A stretch of DNA of 64,000 bases from Minisyncoccia bacterium. GTDB lineage: Bacteria; Patescibacteriota; Minisyncoccia; Phycocordibacterales; Phycocordibacteraceae. Numbering within the stretch: the first letter of the stretch is position 1; the number at the start of each line of letters is the position of its first letter. This document shows, one piece after another, positions 39,067-47,283 of the stretch. Where the stretch lies: positions 18,956-82,955 of the forward strand of contig JBCLFD010000001.1 in the NCBI GenBank assembly GCA_038912545.1, in the 5' to 3' direction. Below the pieces are notes generated by a model that ran no database searches, was not told the origin of the DNA, and saw only the letters and a program-made list of their open reading frames with translations. A program made the translations under genes and the position numbers.

Positions 39067-39612
39067 TTAATTAGAGAGCGAGAGTGCCGCTTTCAGCCGT
39101 GCCTCCTTCCCGCGTGTGGAGGGAGGGAGTGCGGAGAGCGCGCGGCGCGCCTCGCGCTCGGTGTAGCCGAGCGCGACAAGTGTATCAAACACTTCACCGT
39201 CGGCATTGTCGTGTGCGGCGTCGCCCACCTTTTCAGAGAGTTCCACCAGCATCTTCTCGGCGCTCTTCTTGCCGAGCCCGACAACCTTGGTGAGATATTC
39301 CAAATCGCGCTTTCCAATCGCTCCCTCGAGCGCCTCGCGCGGCGCTCGGCGCAAGACCGAGAGCGCCGTCTTCGGTCCCACTCCCGAGACGGTGAGCATA
39401 AGCTCAAAGAAATCGCGGTCGGCGGTCGTGGTAAAGCCGTAGAGCTCCATACCGTCTTGGCGGACGACGAGGTGCGTCGCGAGCGTCGTCTCGTGTCCGA
39501 CGGTGAGGTCGTCGGTCGCGGTCATTCGCACTTCAAGACCGAGACCGGCGACTTCAATAACGGCGCTCGTCACTCCCGTCTCCAGCACCCTCCCACGTAT
39601 CTGCTGAATCAT
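39067..39612 (-). CDS. ruvA: Holliday junction DNA helicase RuvA
   Basis: MIQQIRGRVLE...LYGF...FELMLTVSGVGPKTAL. Start trimmed. Confidence 0.85.
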   Translation of the reverse strand: MIQQIRGRVLETGVTSAVIEVAGLGLEVRMTATDDLTVGHETTLATHLVVRQDGMELYGFTTTADRDFFELMLTVSGVGPKTALSVLRRAPREALEGAIGKRDLEYLTKVVGLGKKSAEKMLVELSEKVGDAAHDNADGEVFDTLVALGYTEREARRALSALPPSTRGKEARLKAALSLSN

Positions 39613-39666
39613 TCGCTTATGATACAGGTTTGCGAAGTTAGAACCAATACAGTAGTATGCGCTCAC

Positions 39667-39933
39667 ATGGCAATCACCAGTTCCGCGAAGAAGGCGATAC
39701 GCTCCTCGGCAAGGAAGCACGTCTTCAACCTGCGCCGTAAGAACGTGCTCACTGACACGACCAAGGCGTTTATGAAGGCACTTGTAGCGAAAGACATCGC
39801 TGGTGCGACGAAGATTCTCCCCACGGCGTATAAGGCAATAGATAAAGCCATGAAGACCGGAGTTATTAAAAAGAATACGGCGGCGCGCAAGAAGTCCCGC
39901 CTCGCCCTCTCCCTCAAACGCGCTCGCGCATAA
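39667..39933 (+). CDS. rpsT: 30S ribosomal protein S20
   Basis: MAITSSAKKAIRSSARKHVFNLRRK. Start trimmed from the long antisense-of-ruvA ORF. Confidence 0.85.
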   Translation: MAITSSAKKAIRSSARKHVFNLRRKNVLTDTTKAFMKALVAKDIAGATKILPTAYKAIDKAMKTGVIKKNTAARKKSRLALSLKRARA

Positions 39934-40036
39934 CTTTTTCCAGAACGCAAAACGTCAATCGCCCGTAAGGGCGATTGACGTTACTGTGCGTCAGGCATAG
40001 AGTGGCGGTTGGTTCTTTTATAGAAAGGGGTTCCAA

Positions 40037-40699
40037 GTGAAAAACGGACATTTCAAATCGTGTGTTACACCACATGACTGCTGGTGTGAGATGTGGCTGT
40101 ATGGAGGCGTACTTAGCCTCGGAGTTGGAGTCCTTATCGTACAGATTGTTGGAGGGCTTCTCTCGGGGAGTCTTGCCCTTCTTGCGGACTCCGGACATGT
40201 GGCGGTCGACAACCTCGTCCTCGTTGGTGTCCTCGTCATCGCCTACTTAGTGAAGAAGTACCGACACCAAGAGAAGATGATTAGGATGTGGGGTGGCTAT
40301 GCTAATGCGTTTCTTATGCTCGGCATCGGTGTGTGGGTGTTGGTAGAAGCCATCGACCGATGGCAGTACCCTCTGCCTATCCAGAGTCCAACACTCATTG
40401 TGTTCGCGACACTTGGAGGATTTGGTAACTGGTTACAGTACTCGCTACTTGCCACATTAGCATCCGCCCGGCATACGGTGACCAGCAAGAGCGCACGGCT
40501 ACACGTTCTGTCAGATCTGTGGCAAAGCGTAGCGGTAGTTATTGGCGGTGTGGTTGTGTATGTGACGGACTGGTCGAGGGTCGACACGGTACTGTCTTTC
40601 ATCATTAGTGCCGTCATGTTCTATTGGGCCGGCCAGATCTTCTGGTGGAGCAAGAAGGGAGTTCTTTCTGCGGGGCATCATGGGCACCATCACCACTAG
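40037..40699 (+). CDS. cation diffusion facilitator-family transporter (TMD only, His-rich tail)
   Basis: SLALLADSGH...D motif, 5-6 TM segments, natural HHGHHHH C-terminus. Confidence 0.7.
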   Translation: MKNGHFKSCVTPHDCWCEMWLYGGVLSLGVGVLIVQIVGGLLSGSLALLADSGHVAVDNLVLVGVLVIAYLVKKYRHQEKMIRMWGGYANAFLMLGIGVWVLVEAIDRWQYPLPIQSPTLIVFATLGGFGNWLQYSLLATLASARHTVTSKSARLHVLSDLWQSVAVVIGGVVVYVTDWSRVDTVLSFIISAVMFYWAGQIFWWSKKGVLSAGHHGHHHH

Positions 40700-40714
40700 C
40701 ACCTGTGTGCATTT

Positions 40715-40745
40715 GAGACCGGACTTGTTCCGGTCTCTTTTTATA
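40715..40745 (+). terminator. Rho-independent terminator (GAGACCGGA-cttgt-TCCGGTCTC + TTTTTAT)
   Basis: Perfect 9-bp GC stem plus a T-run right after the CDF gene. Confidence 0.6.
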
Positions 40746-40784
40746 CTACTTTTGTACGCGCACTACGAAGCTTTAGCGAAGTAG

Positions 40785-40856
40785 TGCTCTCGGTCAGAAT
40801 CGAACTGACATTGGCCCCTTCGGAGGGGGCTATCCTATCCGTTGAATGACGAGAGC
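40785..40856 (-). tRNA. tRNA-Arg (anticodon CCG)
   Basis: Hand fold. Acceptor GCTCTCG/CGAGAGC, anticodon stem GCCCC/GGGGC, loop CTCCGAA, T-arm GTCAG-TTCGATT-CTGAC. Confidence 0.8.
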
Positions 40857-40939
40857 ATTCTTTCTCCATATTACTCCTCATTAGATTTGGCACAGGCGGG
40901 GAGCCGCATTGGTGCTTGCCCCGTAGCTAACGCGAAGCG

Positions 40940-41488
40940 TTATGGTACTGGGGACAATGCATTCTTGATTTTTTCTTTAACTTGTATAGGAACGTCTTTA
41001 TCCTCAGCAAGTTTTGTGAAAAATGGATATAGGTAACGCCGATTATTTTTTGAGATTAGCAACTGAAAAAATTTATCTGTATAGAAATATGTGTCAGAAG
41101 CATCAAAATCATACATTACAAGTTTTGAAACATTGATATCATCGTAATCATTGATAGAAATCCAACCAATTTTACTCCCATATTTTATACCGGTCGCCCT
41201 GCTGAAAAAACAGCCCGCGGGGCAATCTCGAGCCTCGCCATAATTTATTTTAAAAACTTTCAGATTTTGTGTCGGAACATTGACAAGAATATTAACCCGT
41301 TGACTTTTGGGGAAATCAGCACTTTTAACAAAATTATTAATAACATCGTCGGAACCTATAGATGCTAGAAAATATGGCAAAATTATGTCTCCCTGTTTTT
41401 GTATAAAAATATAACCAACCACACCAAGAATGATAATGATTATTCCAATCAAAATTATATTCACAAATCCTTTTTGATTTATTTTCAT
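40940..41488 (-). CDS. membrane-anchored protein of unknown function (AT-rich gene)
   Basis: MKINQKGFVNIILIGIIIIILG TM anchor. The listed N-terminus overlaps tRNA-Arg(GCG) and was trimmed. C-terminus ...IQVKEKIKNALSPVP. Confidence 0.5.
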   Translation of the reverse strand: MKINQKGFVNIILIGIIIIILGVVGYIFIQKQGDIILPYFLASIGSDDVINNFVKSADFPKSQRVNILVNVPTQNLKVFKINYGEARDCPAGCFFSRATGIKYGSKIGWISINDYDDINVSKLVMYDFDASDTYFYTDKFFQLLISKNNRRYLYPFFTKLAEDKDVPIQVKEKIKNALSPVP

Positions 41489-41597
41489 AGATTTATTAGT
41501 TATAATTTTCGACTTTATGATTAAAAAATTTTCTTCCCCCAAAATTAAAATACGGTTCAAGCCGATGTTTCCCGAGCCTATTCTACCATATCCTATT

Positions 41598-41672
41598 TGG
41601 TGCTCTCGACAGGAATCGAACCTGTATTGGTAGCTCCGCAAGCTACTGTCCTATCCGTTGAACGACGAGAGC
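41598..41672 (-). tRNA. tRNA-Arg (anticodon GCG), CCA encoded
   Basis: Hand fold. Same acceptor/D-arm as the CCG isoacceptor, anticodon stem GTAGC/GCTAC, loop TTGCGGA, T-arm ACAGG-TTCGATT-CCTGT. Confidence 0.75.
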
Positions 41673-41705
41673 AATATCGTGACTCTACCGTGTCTGCTCA
41701 TTTTT

Positions 41706-42179
41706 TCAAAACCCGACCCACGCGGCGACGACGTCCGACATCGCGTGGTGGTGTTCGCCCTCATCTACTTTCTCTAAGAAGTATTCGTACACCGCGTCTG
41801 CGTCCACACCGTCAAGCGGTATCATCAAGTGTGGCGAGAGCCAGCTGTCAGTTTTGATAGAAAGAAGAGGAGGAAGCCGGTCCTCAATATCTTCAAGTGC
41901 TGAGAATGAGGTCATCCGCTCAAAAGGGTGGAGCTCTTCGCCAATCATCAATCCTTGTTCAATGATGCGAAAGGTGTGGGTCGGCGGATGCTTCGTGCTG
42001 TGAAGCGCGATAACGACCGTCGCGATGACGATGAGTACCGCGAAGAGATAGTTGCTGAATAAGATAGAAGCGATTGTCCCGGCGACCGCGATGATGCCGA
42101 GCGCCCAGTACCAGTCGGCGCTCTTCGGATTCGGGTCGTATTCTCTGCCTTCCCATTCAAAAAGGACCTTTTGAGCCAT
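41706..42179 (-). CDS. small two-TM membrane protein of unknown function
   Basis: MAQKVLFEWEGREYD...WYWALGIIAVAGTIASILF...LFAVLIVIATVVIAL. Upstream extension rejected because a sigma70 promoter for the opposite strand lies there. Confidence 0.45.
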   Translation of the reverse strand: MAQKVLFEWEGREYDPNPKSADWYWALGIIAVAGTIASILFSNYLFAVLIVIATVVIALHSTKHPPTHTFRIIEQGLMIGEELHPFERMTSFSALEDIEDRLPPLLSIKTDSWLSPHLMIPLDGVDADAVYEYFLEKVDEGEHHHAMSDVVAAWVGF

Positions 42180-42234
42180 GGAAAAATGATAGCATAAAGA
42201 CAGAACAGCTTGTTGTGACGTCTTGCACAAGTCC

Positions 42235-42263
42235 TTGACAAAACAAGATGTTGGGTGTATACT
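42235..42263 (+). promoter_or_regulatory. sigma70-type promoter (TTGACA - 17 nt - TATACT)
   Basis: Consensus -35, exact 17-nt spacer, near-consensus -10, about 55 nt upstream of the lipoprotein gene. Confidence 0.55.
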
Positions 42264-42320
42264 ATTCAAGTTAGCTTGTCCTTTTCACTCTGAATTACTT
42301 GGCTCAAGGAGGGCCCAAAT

Positions 42321-42752
42321 ATGTTCAAAACTATCATCGCTTTGTTGTTCGTCGCGTTTGTTGCGGCAGGTTGTGTGTCTGTGCCGGTCGATGATCGACC
42401 GGTGGTTGCGGGCTTGCATCTCGGCAAGAATATTTTGTCGAGACCACTTGCTGCTGATGCACGACTGCCTCGTGGCTGCACGTACGATAACGACGGGACA
42501 AAGTACGGTTCCGTGCTCTGCGAGCAGGCACGCGCACCGGTTCGACAATACGTCGAGACGCCCGTCTACGTAGCGCCGGTTTGCGGGCCGTATGGATGTC
42601 CCGTTGTGGCGCCCGCGTACTCGAGCGTACAGATCTGGCGCGGGGGATTTGCAGTTCAATCGGGGCCCATGTATGGGCCAATGTTCGGACCCGCATACGT
42701 TCCCGTTCGGCAGTGCAACATGTGGTGGCCGTACAACTGCTGGTACCGATAA
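42321..42752 (+). CDS. Cys/Pro/Tyr-rich lipoprotein
   Basis: Lipobox LLFVAFVAAGC, 9 Cys, repeated PxY(G)P motifs, terminator immediately after. Confidence 0.5.
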   Translation: MFKTIIALLFVAFVAAGCVSVPVDDRPVVAGLHLGKNILSRPLAADARLPRGCTYDNDGTKYGSVLCEQARAPVRQYVETPVYVAPVCGPYGCPVVAPAYSSVQIWRGGFAVQSGPMYGPMFGPAYVPVRQCNMWWPYNCWYR

Positions 42753-42778
42753 AACTATCGCCCTCCGATAGTTCGCAA

Positions 42779-42808
42779 CGCTAAAGGGCATCCGATGGAT
42801 GCCCTTTT
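42779..42808 (+). terminator. Rho-independent terminator (AAAGGGCATCC-gatg-GATGCCCTTT + TTC)
   Basis: Perfect 10-bp stem with flanking A/T runs; could act bidirectionally. Confidence 0.6.
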
Positions 42809-42921
42809 TCTATTGTAGGATTGTGGTTGCCATATTTGACTTATTATCTCAATAATATCATTTTTCAGCTCACTAAACCATTGCATTAATTTTATACCTT
42901 GTGTATACTATAGTTATCACT

Positions 42922-43614
42922 ATGAAATCAACACAGCAACAAAATATGTTCGGTTTATCTAATAAACAGACTGGTTATTCTGTTTATAACGAGGATGCAA
43001 AAAAACGAGCAAAGCAAAATACACTCTCGGAACTTTATCCTAAATTGCCGAACAAAAAATTTGATGTAATTTATGCTGATCCACCTTGGGATTATAATGG
43101 TAAGTTGCAATTTGATAAAAGTAGTACAAATGTAGAAAATCTGGATTTGTCGCGGAAGATATTTATCAGTTCGGCTTCATTTAAATATCCGACACTAAAA
43201 ACAACTGAACTAATGAAATTACCTGTTCAAGAAATTGCAAAAGGTGATTGCTTATTATTCATGTGGACATCAAATCCACATTTGGCTCAAGCGATAGAAC
43301 TTGGTAATGCCTGGGGTTTTGATTATAAAACTGTTGCTTTTGTTTGGGATAAAATGAATCACAATCCTGGGCAATACACACTTTCAAATTGTGAGATATG
43401 TCTAGTATTCAAAAGAGGCAAGATACCAAGACCACGCGGAGCAAGAAATATAAAACAGTTGGTTAGAAGTCCGAGAAAAAAACACAGCGAGAAACCAATG
43501 GAGGTAATTCAAGCAATAGAAAAAATGTTTCCTAATCAAGAACGCATCGAATTATTTGCAAGACGAAAAACGGACGGTTGGTCAGTTTGGGGATTAGATG
43601 TGTTTAACGAGTAA
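42922..43614 (+). CDS. MT-A70-family N6-adenine DNA methyltransferase (R-M system M subunit)
   Basis: DVIYADPPWDYNGK (DPPW motif IV), MT-A70-like fold order. AT-rich. ATG at 42922 preferred over the listed GTG at 42901. Confidence 0.75.
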   Translation: MKSTQQQNMFGLSNKQTGYSVYNEDAKKRAKQNTLSELYPKLPNKKFDVIYADPPWDYNGKLQFDKSSTNVENLDLSRKIFISSASFKYPTLKTTELMKLPVQEIAKGDCLLFMWTSNPHLAQAIELGNAWGFDYKTVAFVWDKMNHNPGQYTLSNCEICLVFKRGKIPRPRGARNIKQLVRSPRKKHSEKPMEVIQAIEKMFPNQERIELFARRKTDGWSVWGLDVFNE

Positions 43615-43624
43615 AACAAATAGT

Positions 43625-44236
43625 CTACATCAGCAAACGCTTCAATTTCTTATTGAAATGGTCAACTAGAGATTTTCCATTTAACGAATTACTCCACATA
43701 AAGAAATGGCCAGAATGGCCTGTATACCAACAGTGAATTTCTCTTACTCTTTTTGGATCTCTAGCAATATCACCTTGAAATACGACCCAAAAAGGTAAAA
43801 CATTCTGACCAAGTTTTCCTTGTTCTCTTAATATCTTCAATAGACCCGGGGTAAAAAACTTATTGGATCTTTCATGGGCATTTCCTCTACCAGCTTTTCT
43901 TGGCTTTCCTTCTACCCACCCGTCTTGTCTTTTAACTTCCACATAAAGAGTCTTTTTAGTCTTTAGATTATCAATAGCAAAATCTGGCACTACTCCATGA
44001 ACCCAAGTTTCGTTCGGATTATAAATTGCAGATAAAGTTTCTTTGCTGAGTTTTATTTTTGAATAGATATCTTTGAATTCTCGTGGTTTAGAACGAACTC
44101 TAAAATCGGTACCCTTGAATTCTTTTGAGAGTATTTCATAAAAATTTTTCTCAGCAATCCCAGCCTTACCTCCGCTAGCATTTTGCCAATTCTCTCTTTT
44201 TCGTAATGCTTTTGTTCCCATAAATTTATTTTTCAA
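43625..44236 (-). CDS. putative Type II restriction endonuclease (PD-(D/E)xK)
   Basis: VPDFAIDNL...YVEVKRQ fits PD...ExK. Convergent with the MTase, directly downstream of and overlapping a C-protein gene. Confidence 0.55.
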   Translation of the reverse strand: MKNKFMGTKALRKRENWQNASGGKAGIAEKNFYEILSKEFKGTDFRVRSKPREFKDIYSKIKLSKETLSAIYNPNETWVHGVVPDFAIDNLKTKKTLYVEVKRQDGWVEGKPRKAGRGNAHERSNKFFTPGLLKILREQGKLGQNVLPFWVVFQGDIARDPKRVREIHCWYTGHSGHFFMWSNSLNGKSLVDHFNKKLKRLLM

Positions 44237-44444
44237 AAATCATTAGTTTATCAAGTGAGATCTCAAGAGCTTTAGCAATTTTTTCTATGTTTTGGAGTGT
44301 GATATTTTTTTCTGCACGCTCAATCATTCCAACATAGGTTCGATGGACACCTGCTCGTGAAGCTAATTCTTCCTGAGACAAATCTAAGGATAATCGTTTT
44401 TCGCGTACTTTATTTCCAAACTTTACCAACACATCTTTTTTCAT
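44226..44444 (-). CDS. controller (C) protein, XRE-family HTH regulator
   Basis: 72-aa HTH_3 (LSQEELASRAGVHRTYVGMIERAEKNITLQNIEKIAKAL); overlaps the R gene start by 11 nt. Confidence 0.7.
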   Translation of the reverse strand: MKKDVLVKFGNKVREKRLSLDLSQEELASRAGVHRTYVGMIERAEKNITLQNIEKIAKALEISLDKLMIFEK

Positions 44445-44448
44445 AATG

Positions 44449-44462
44449 ATAACTATAGTATA
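44449..44462 (-). promoter_or_regulatory. C-box-like operator/promoter element TATACTATAGTTAT, 5 nt 5' of the C-protein ATG (second copy 42904-42917 5' of the M gene)
   Basis: Identical 14-mer (21-nt near-identity including ATGAAA) in the same orientation relative to both genes. Contains the palindrome ACTATAGT and a TATAGT/TAGTTAT -10-like hexamer. Confidence 0.45.
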
Positions 44463-44574
44463 TGCTCTTGCTAATTTAAGCTCTACATACTACAGTTAGC
44501 ATATATGTTAATCTAATTATTAGACGACGCTTCGCGCCGACCCCATTTCGGCTTCCAATTCCGATTTCCAATTT

Positions 44575-44661
44575 TGGCGGAAGGGGTGGGACTCGAACCC
44601 ACAAGGGCTTGTGACCCGCCAGTTTTCAAGACTGGTTCCTTACCATTCGGAGCACCCTTCC
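44575..44661 (-). tRNA. tRNA-Ser (anticodon TGA), class II, CCA encoded
   Basis: Hand fold. Acceptor GGAAGGG/CCCTTCC, anticodon stem CCAGT/ACTGG, loop CTTGAAA, long variable arm, T-arm GTGGG-TTCGAGT-CCCAC. Confidence 0.85.
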
Positions 44662-44690
44662 AAGTAGTAATTGTACGCTACACTTATACC

Positions 44691-45104
44691 ATGAGATATC
44701 TCGGTATTGACTATGGGAGCCAAAAAGTCGGCCTCGCGCTCTCGGACGAAACGGGAGTTATGGGCTTCCCGCACAGCATCGTCCCGAACACCCCTCGGCT
44801 TGTTGATGATGTGTGCAAGCTTATTGCTAAAGAGAATGTTGGCGCGGTAGTGATAGGGGAGTCACGAACGCTCGCGGGCGGAGAAAATGCGATTGCCAAA
44901 GACGCGGTCGCGTTCGGCGACCTACTCGCCGAACGCGCGGGCGTGCCGATTTTTTACGAATCAGAAGTATTCACGACGGCAGAAGCGCGTCGCCAGCATG
45001 AACCGAGCGGGAAAACGCGCGCACCTAAAAAACATGTAAACGTGGACGATTCCGCCGCCGCGCTTATTTTAACGAGTTATCTCGCGCGGGCGCGCTATAC
45101 TTAA
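44691..45104 (+). CDS. ruvX: Holliday-junction-resolvase-like nuclease YqgF/RuvX
   Basis: MRYLGIDYGSQKVGLALSD. The listed N-terminus is translated tRNA-Ser antisense and was trimmed. Confidence 0.8.
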   Translation: MRYLGIDYGSQKVGLALSDETGVMGFPHSIVPNTPRLVDDVCKLIAKENVGAVVIGESRTLAGGENAIAKDAVAFGDLLAERAGVPIFYESEVFTTAEARRQHEPSGKTRAPKKHVNVDDSAAALILTSYLARARYT

Positions 45105-45108
45105 ATGC

Positions 45109-46206
45109 ATGACCGTCGCTTTCGGTGAACTGATACGCACGGCGTTTGAGCCCCCGCGTTATTTGTCGTTCCCGTTTTCTGGAATTGACCTCTCAACGAG
45201 CGGGGTGAAAGTTGTGCGGTTGAAAGAAACGATGCATGGATTCATCCTCGCGAACTATGCGCAGACGCGCATGCCGGTAGGCGCATATGTGAACGGCGAC
45301 ATCGTTGACCACGCGGGTATTGTTGATGCGGTGAAAACGACATGCAAGAAGGCCGACGTCACAAAAGCGAATGCAACACTCCCTGAATCCAAGTCATATC
45401 TCTTTGAGACCGAGGCCGTCGGAACGGGGAAATCACAGTGGCGCATCGCCGTAGAACAGCACATTGATGAATTCGTACCTCTCCCGCCCCAAGAAATCGC
45501 TTTTGACATTGTCGACGTCGGACGAACGAAGGATGGCAATACGCAGATTGCGGGCGTTGGCTTCGCTCGCCGTGTAGTGGGGGACATCCTTTCAGTATTT
45601 GACGATGCTCGTATCTCCATACGCGCACTTGAGGGCGAGGTCTTCGCTATCGCGCGGGCGCTCCTGCCACCGGGCGATGACTCTACCGTGCTCATTATTG
45701 ATGTCGGGAAAACGACGACAAAGGTTTCAATTGTGGAACGGCGTATCCCGCGCTTCGCGACCACGGTCGGCATCGGTGGCCACGCGCTCACACTCGCCGT
45801 ACAGAAATATTTCGGTGTCACCGAGATTGAGGCGCGGAAGGTGAAGGTAGAACACGGTATCGTTCCCGCTCCGGGGAATGAAGAATATCTCGCTGCGATG
45901 CTTTCCTCAGTTTCTGCCATTCGCGATGAGATTGTACGCCGGCTTGAGTACTGGCAGAGTCGCGCTGCTCTCACCGGACTCCATAAGCCCATTGAACGGG
46001 CAATTCTTGTTGGTGGGAACGCGTCGGTGCGCGGGCTCCCAGAATATTTGGAAGGCGCGCTCCACATTCCGGTGATAACCGGTGATGTATTCACCAATCT
46101 TGCATCGCGCGATCGGTGGGTGCCGGAGCTTGATTATACCGAGTCACTCGCGTACGCGACTGCCATCGGTCTCGCGCTCTACGACCGCAACCAACCCTAT
46201 GCGTAA
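45109..46206 (+). CDS. pilM: type IV pilus assembly protein PilM (actin-like ATPase)
   Basis: FGIDLSTSGVKVV, paired actin-fold segments, followed by PilN/PilO-like genes. Confidence 0.75.
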   Translation: MTVAFGELIRTAFEPPRYLSFPFSGIDLSTSGVKVVRLKETMHGFILANYAQTRMPVGAYVNGDIVDHAGIVDAVKTTCKKADVTKANATLPESKSYLFETEAVGTGKSQWRIAVEQHIDEFVPLPPQEIAFDIVDVGRTKDGNTQIAGVGFARRVVGDILSVFDDARISIRALEGEVFAIARALLPPGDDSTVLIIDVGKTTTKVSIVERRIPRFATTVGIGGHALTLAVQKYFGVTEIEARKVKVEHGIVPAPGNEEYLAAMLSSVSAIRDEIVRRLEYWQSRAALTGLHKPIERAILVGGNASVRGLPEYLEGALHIPVITGDVFTNLASRDRWVPELDYTESLAYATAIGLALYDRNQPYA

Positions 46207-46753
46207 CGGACTCACCAATCTCGTTCCGATTGAACGCCAGCGCATATTCTCACGCGACTATCTCCTACGGCTCGGTGTCGTGAGTGTCGTACTCGCGAAT
46301 GTGCTCGTCGTCGTGGCGGGAATTCTTCTTATACCGACCTATGTATATCTGGTGGCAACCACTGACGCCAAGACGATTCGTCTGGCGAACATCGAGACGG
46401 TACTCGCTTCTGGAGATGAAAAACAACTTTCTGATAGGCTCGCTGTGCTCGCGAACGATGCAGACATTTTAATCACGCTTCAGACACTGCCCTCAGCGAG
46501 CGCTACCGCGCGCGCACTGCTCGGCATCTCGCGTCCGGGCATCACGCTCACGGGGATTACGTATGCGCCCGCCGACGAGACGAAGAAGTGGGTCCTCGCG
46601 ATTACCGGCATTGCCGTCACGCGTGACGCACTCCGAAATTATCAACTCGCTCTTACGAGTGCTTCATTTTCGCGCGGAGCCGATCTACCGATCTCGGTGT
46701 ATGCGAAAGATTCAAATATTCCGTTTACAATCACCGTCACTCTTGCGCCATGA
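46199..46753 (+). CDS. PilN-like pilus assembly protein
   Basis: Single N-terminal TM plus periplasmic domain. Overlaps the pilM stop by 8 nt. Confidence 0.5.
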   Translation: MRNGLTNLVPIERQRIFSRDYLLRLGVVSVVLANVLVVVAGILLIPTYVYLVATTDAKTIRLANIETVLASGDEKQLSDRLAVLANDADILITLQTLPSASATARALLGISRPGITLTGITYAPADETKKWVLAITGIAVTRDALRNYQLALTSASFSRGADLPISVYAKDSNIPFTITVTLAP

Positions 46754-47277
46754 AAACATCACTCATTCATTTCAGCATCGCATTAATTGTTTTCATCACG
46801 ACATTCTCGGTCTACGGATTCTGGTACTCAGCCATCGCGAAGAAGAGCACCACCGTCGCAATGATGGAAAGTCAGATTAAAACGAAAACGGAAACGGCGA
46901 GCCGTATTGCGGCGGCGCGCGTAGCACTCGCCGACATTTTAGGAAGCGAAACGAAGATGCAGAATTATTTCGTTTCTGAAAGCGAGATTGTCGCATTTAT
47001 CAATGATCTAGAAGCGCGCGGACGCGCACAGGGGACACGTGTGGCAGTGCTCTCGGTCTCTACCGCGAGCGAGGACGGGCATCCGACGCTCACGCTCACG
47101 CTCAAGGTGATAGGAACTTTTGAAGCGGTCATGCGTACGCTCGGGTCAATTGAATATGCTCCCTACTATCTGCGCGTAGGGACGCTCTCCCTCGGTCTTG
47201 AAACAAAAGATGAGTGGCATGCCGACCTGTCCATTGTGGTTGGATCCACAGCGCCTCTTGCAATCGCGGTCCCATAA
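46750..47277 (+). CDS. PilO-like pilus assembly protein
   Basis: N-terminal TM, coiled segment, ferredoxin-like C-domain; 4-nt overlap with the upstream gene. Confidence 0.5.
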   Translation: MKTSLIHFSIALIVFITTFSVYGFWYSAIAKKSTTVAMMESQIKTKTETASRIAAARVALADILGSETKMQNYFVSESEIVAFINDLEARGRAQGTRVAVLSVSTASEDGHPTLTLTLKVIGTFEAVMRTLGSIEYAPYYLRVGTLSLGLETKDEWHADLSIVVGSTAPLAIAVP

Positions 47278-47283
47278 CTATCT

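Noticed and set aside
39211-39666. First 152 aa of listed ORF 39211-39933
   Set aside because: This is the antisense of ruvA. Only the C-terminal 88 aa (S20, from ATG 39667) is a real gene.
40679-40699. HHGHHHH at the C-terminus of the CDF transporter
   Set aside because: His-rich tails are native to CDF metal transporters. The surrounding sequence is genomic, so this is not a cloning tag.
42285-42791. 168-aa minus-strand ORF overlapping the Cys-rich lipoprotein gene
   Set aside because: The plus-strand frame has a lipobox signal peptide, its own consensus promoter and a terminator. The minus frame is Arg/Pro-rich with no features.
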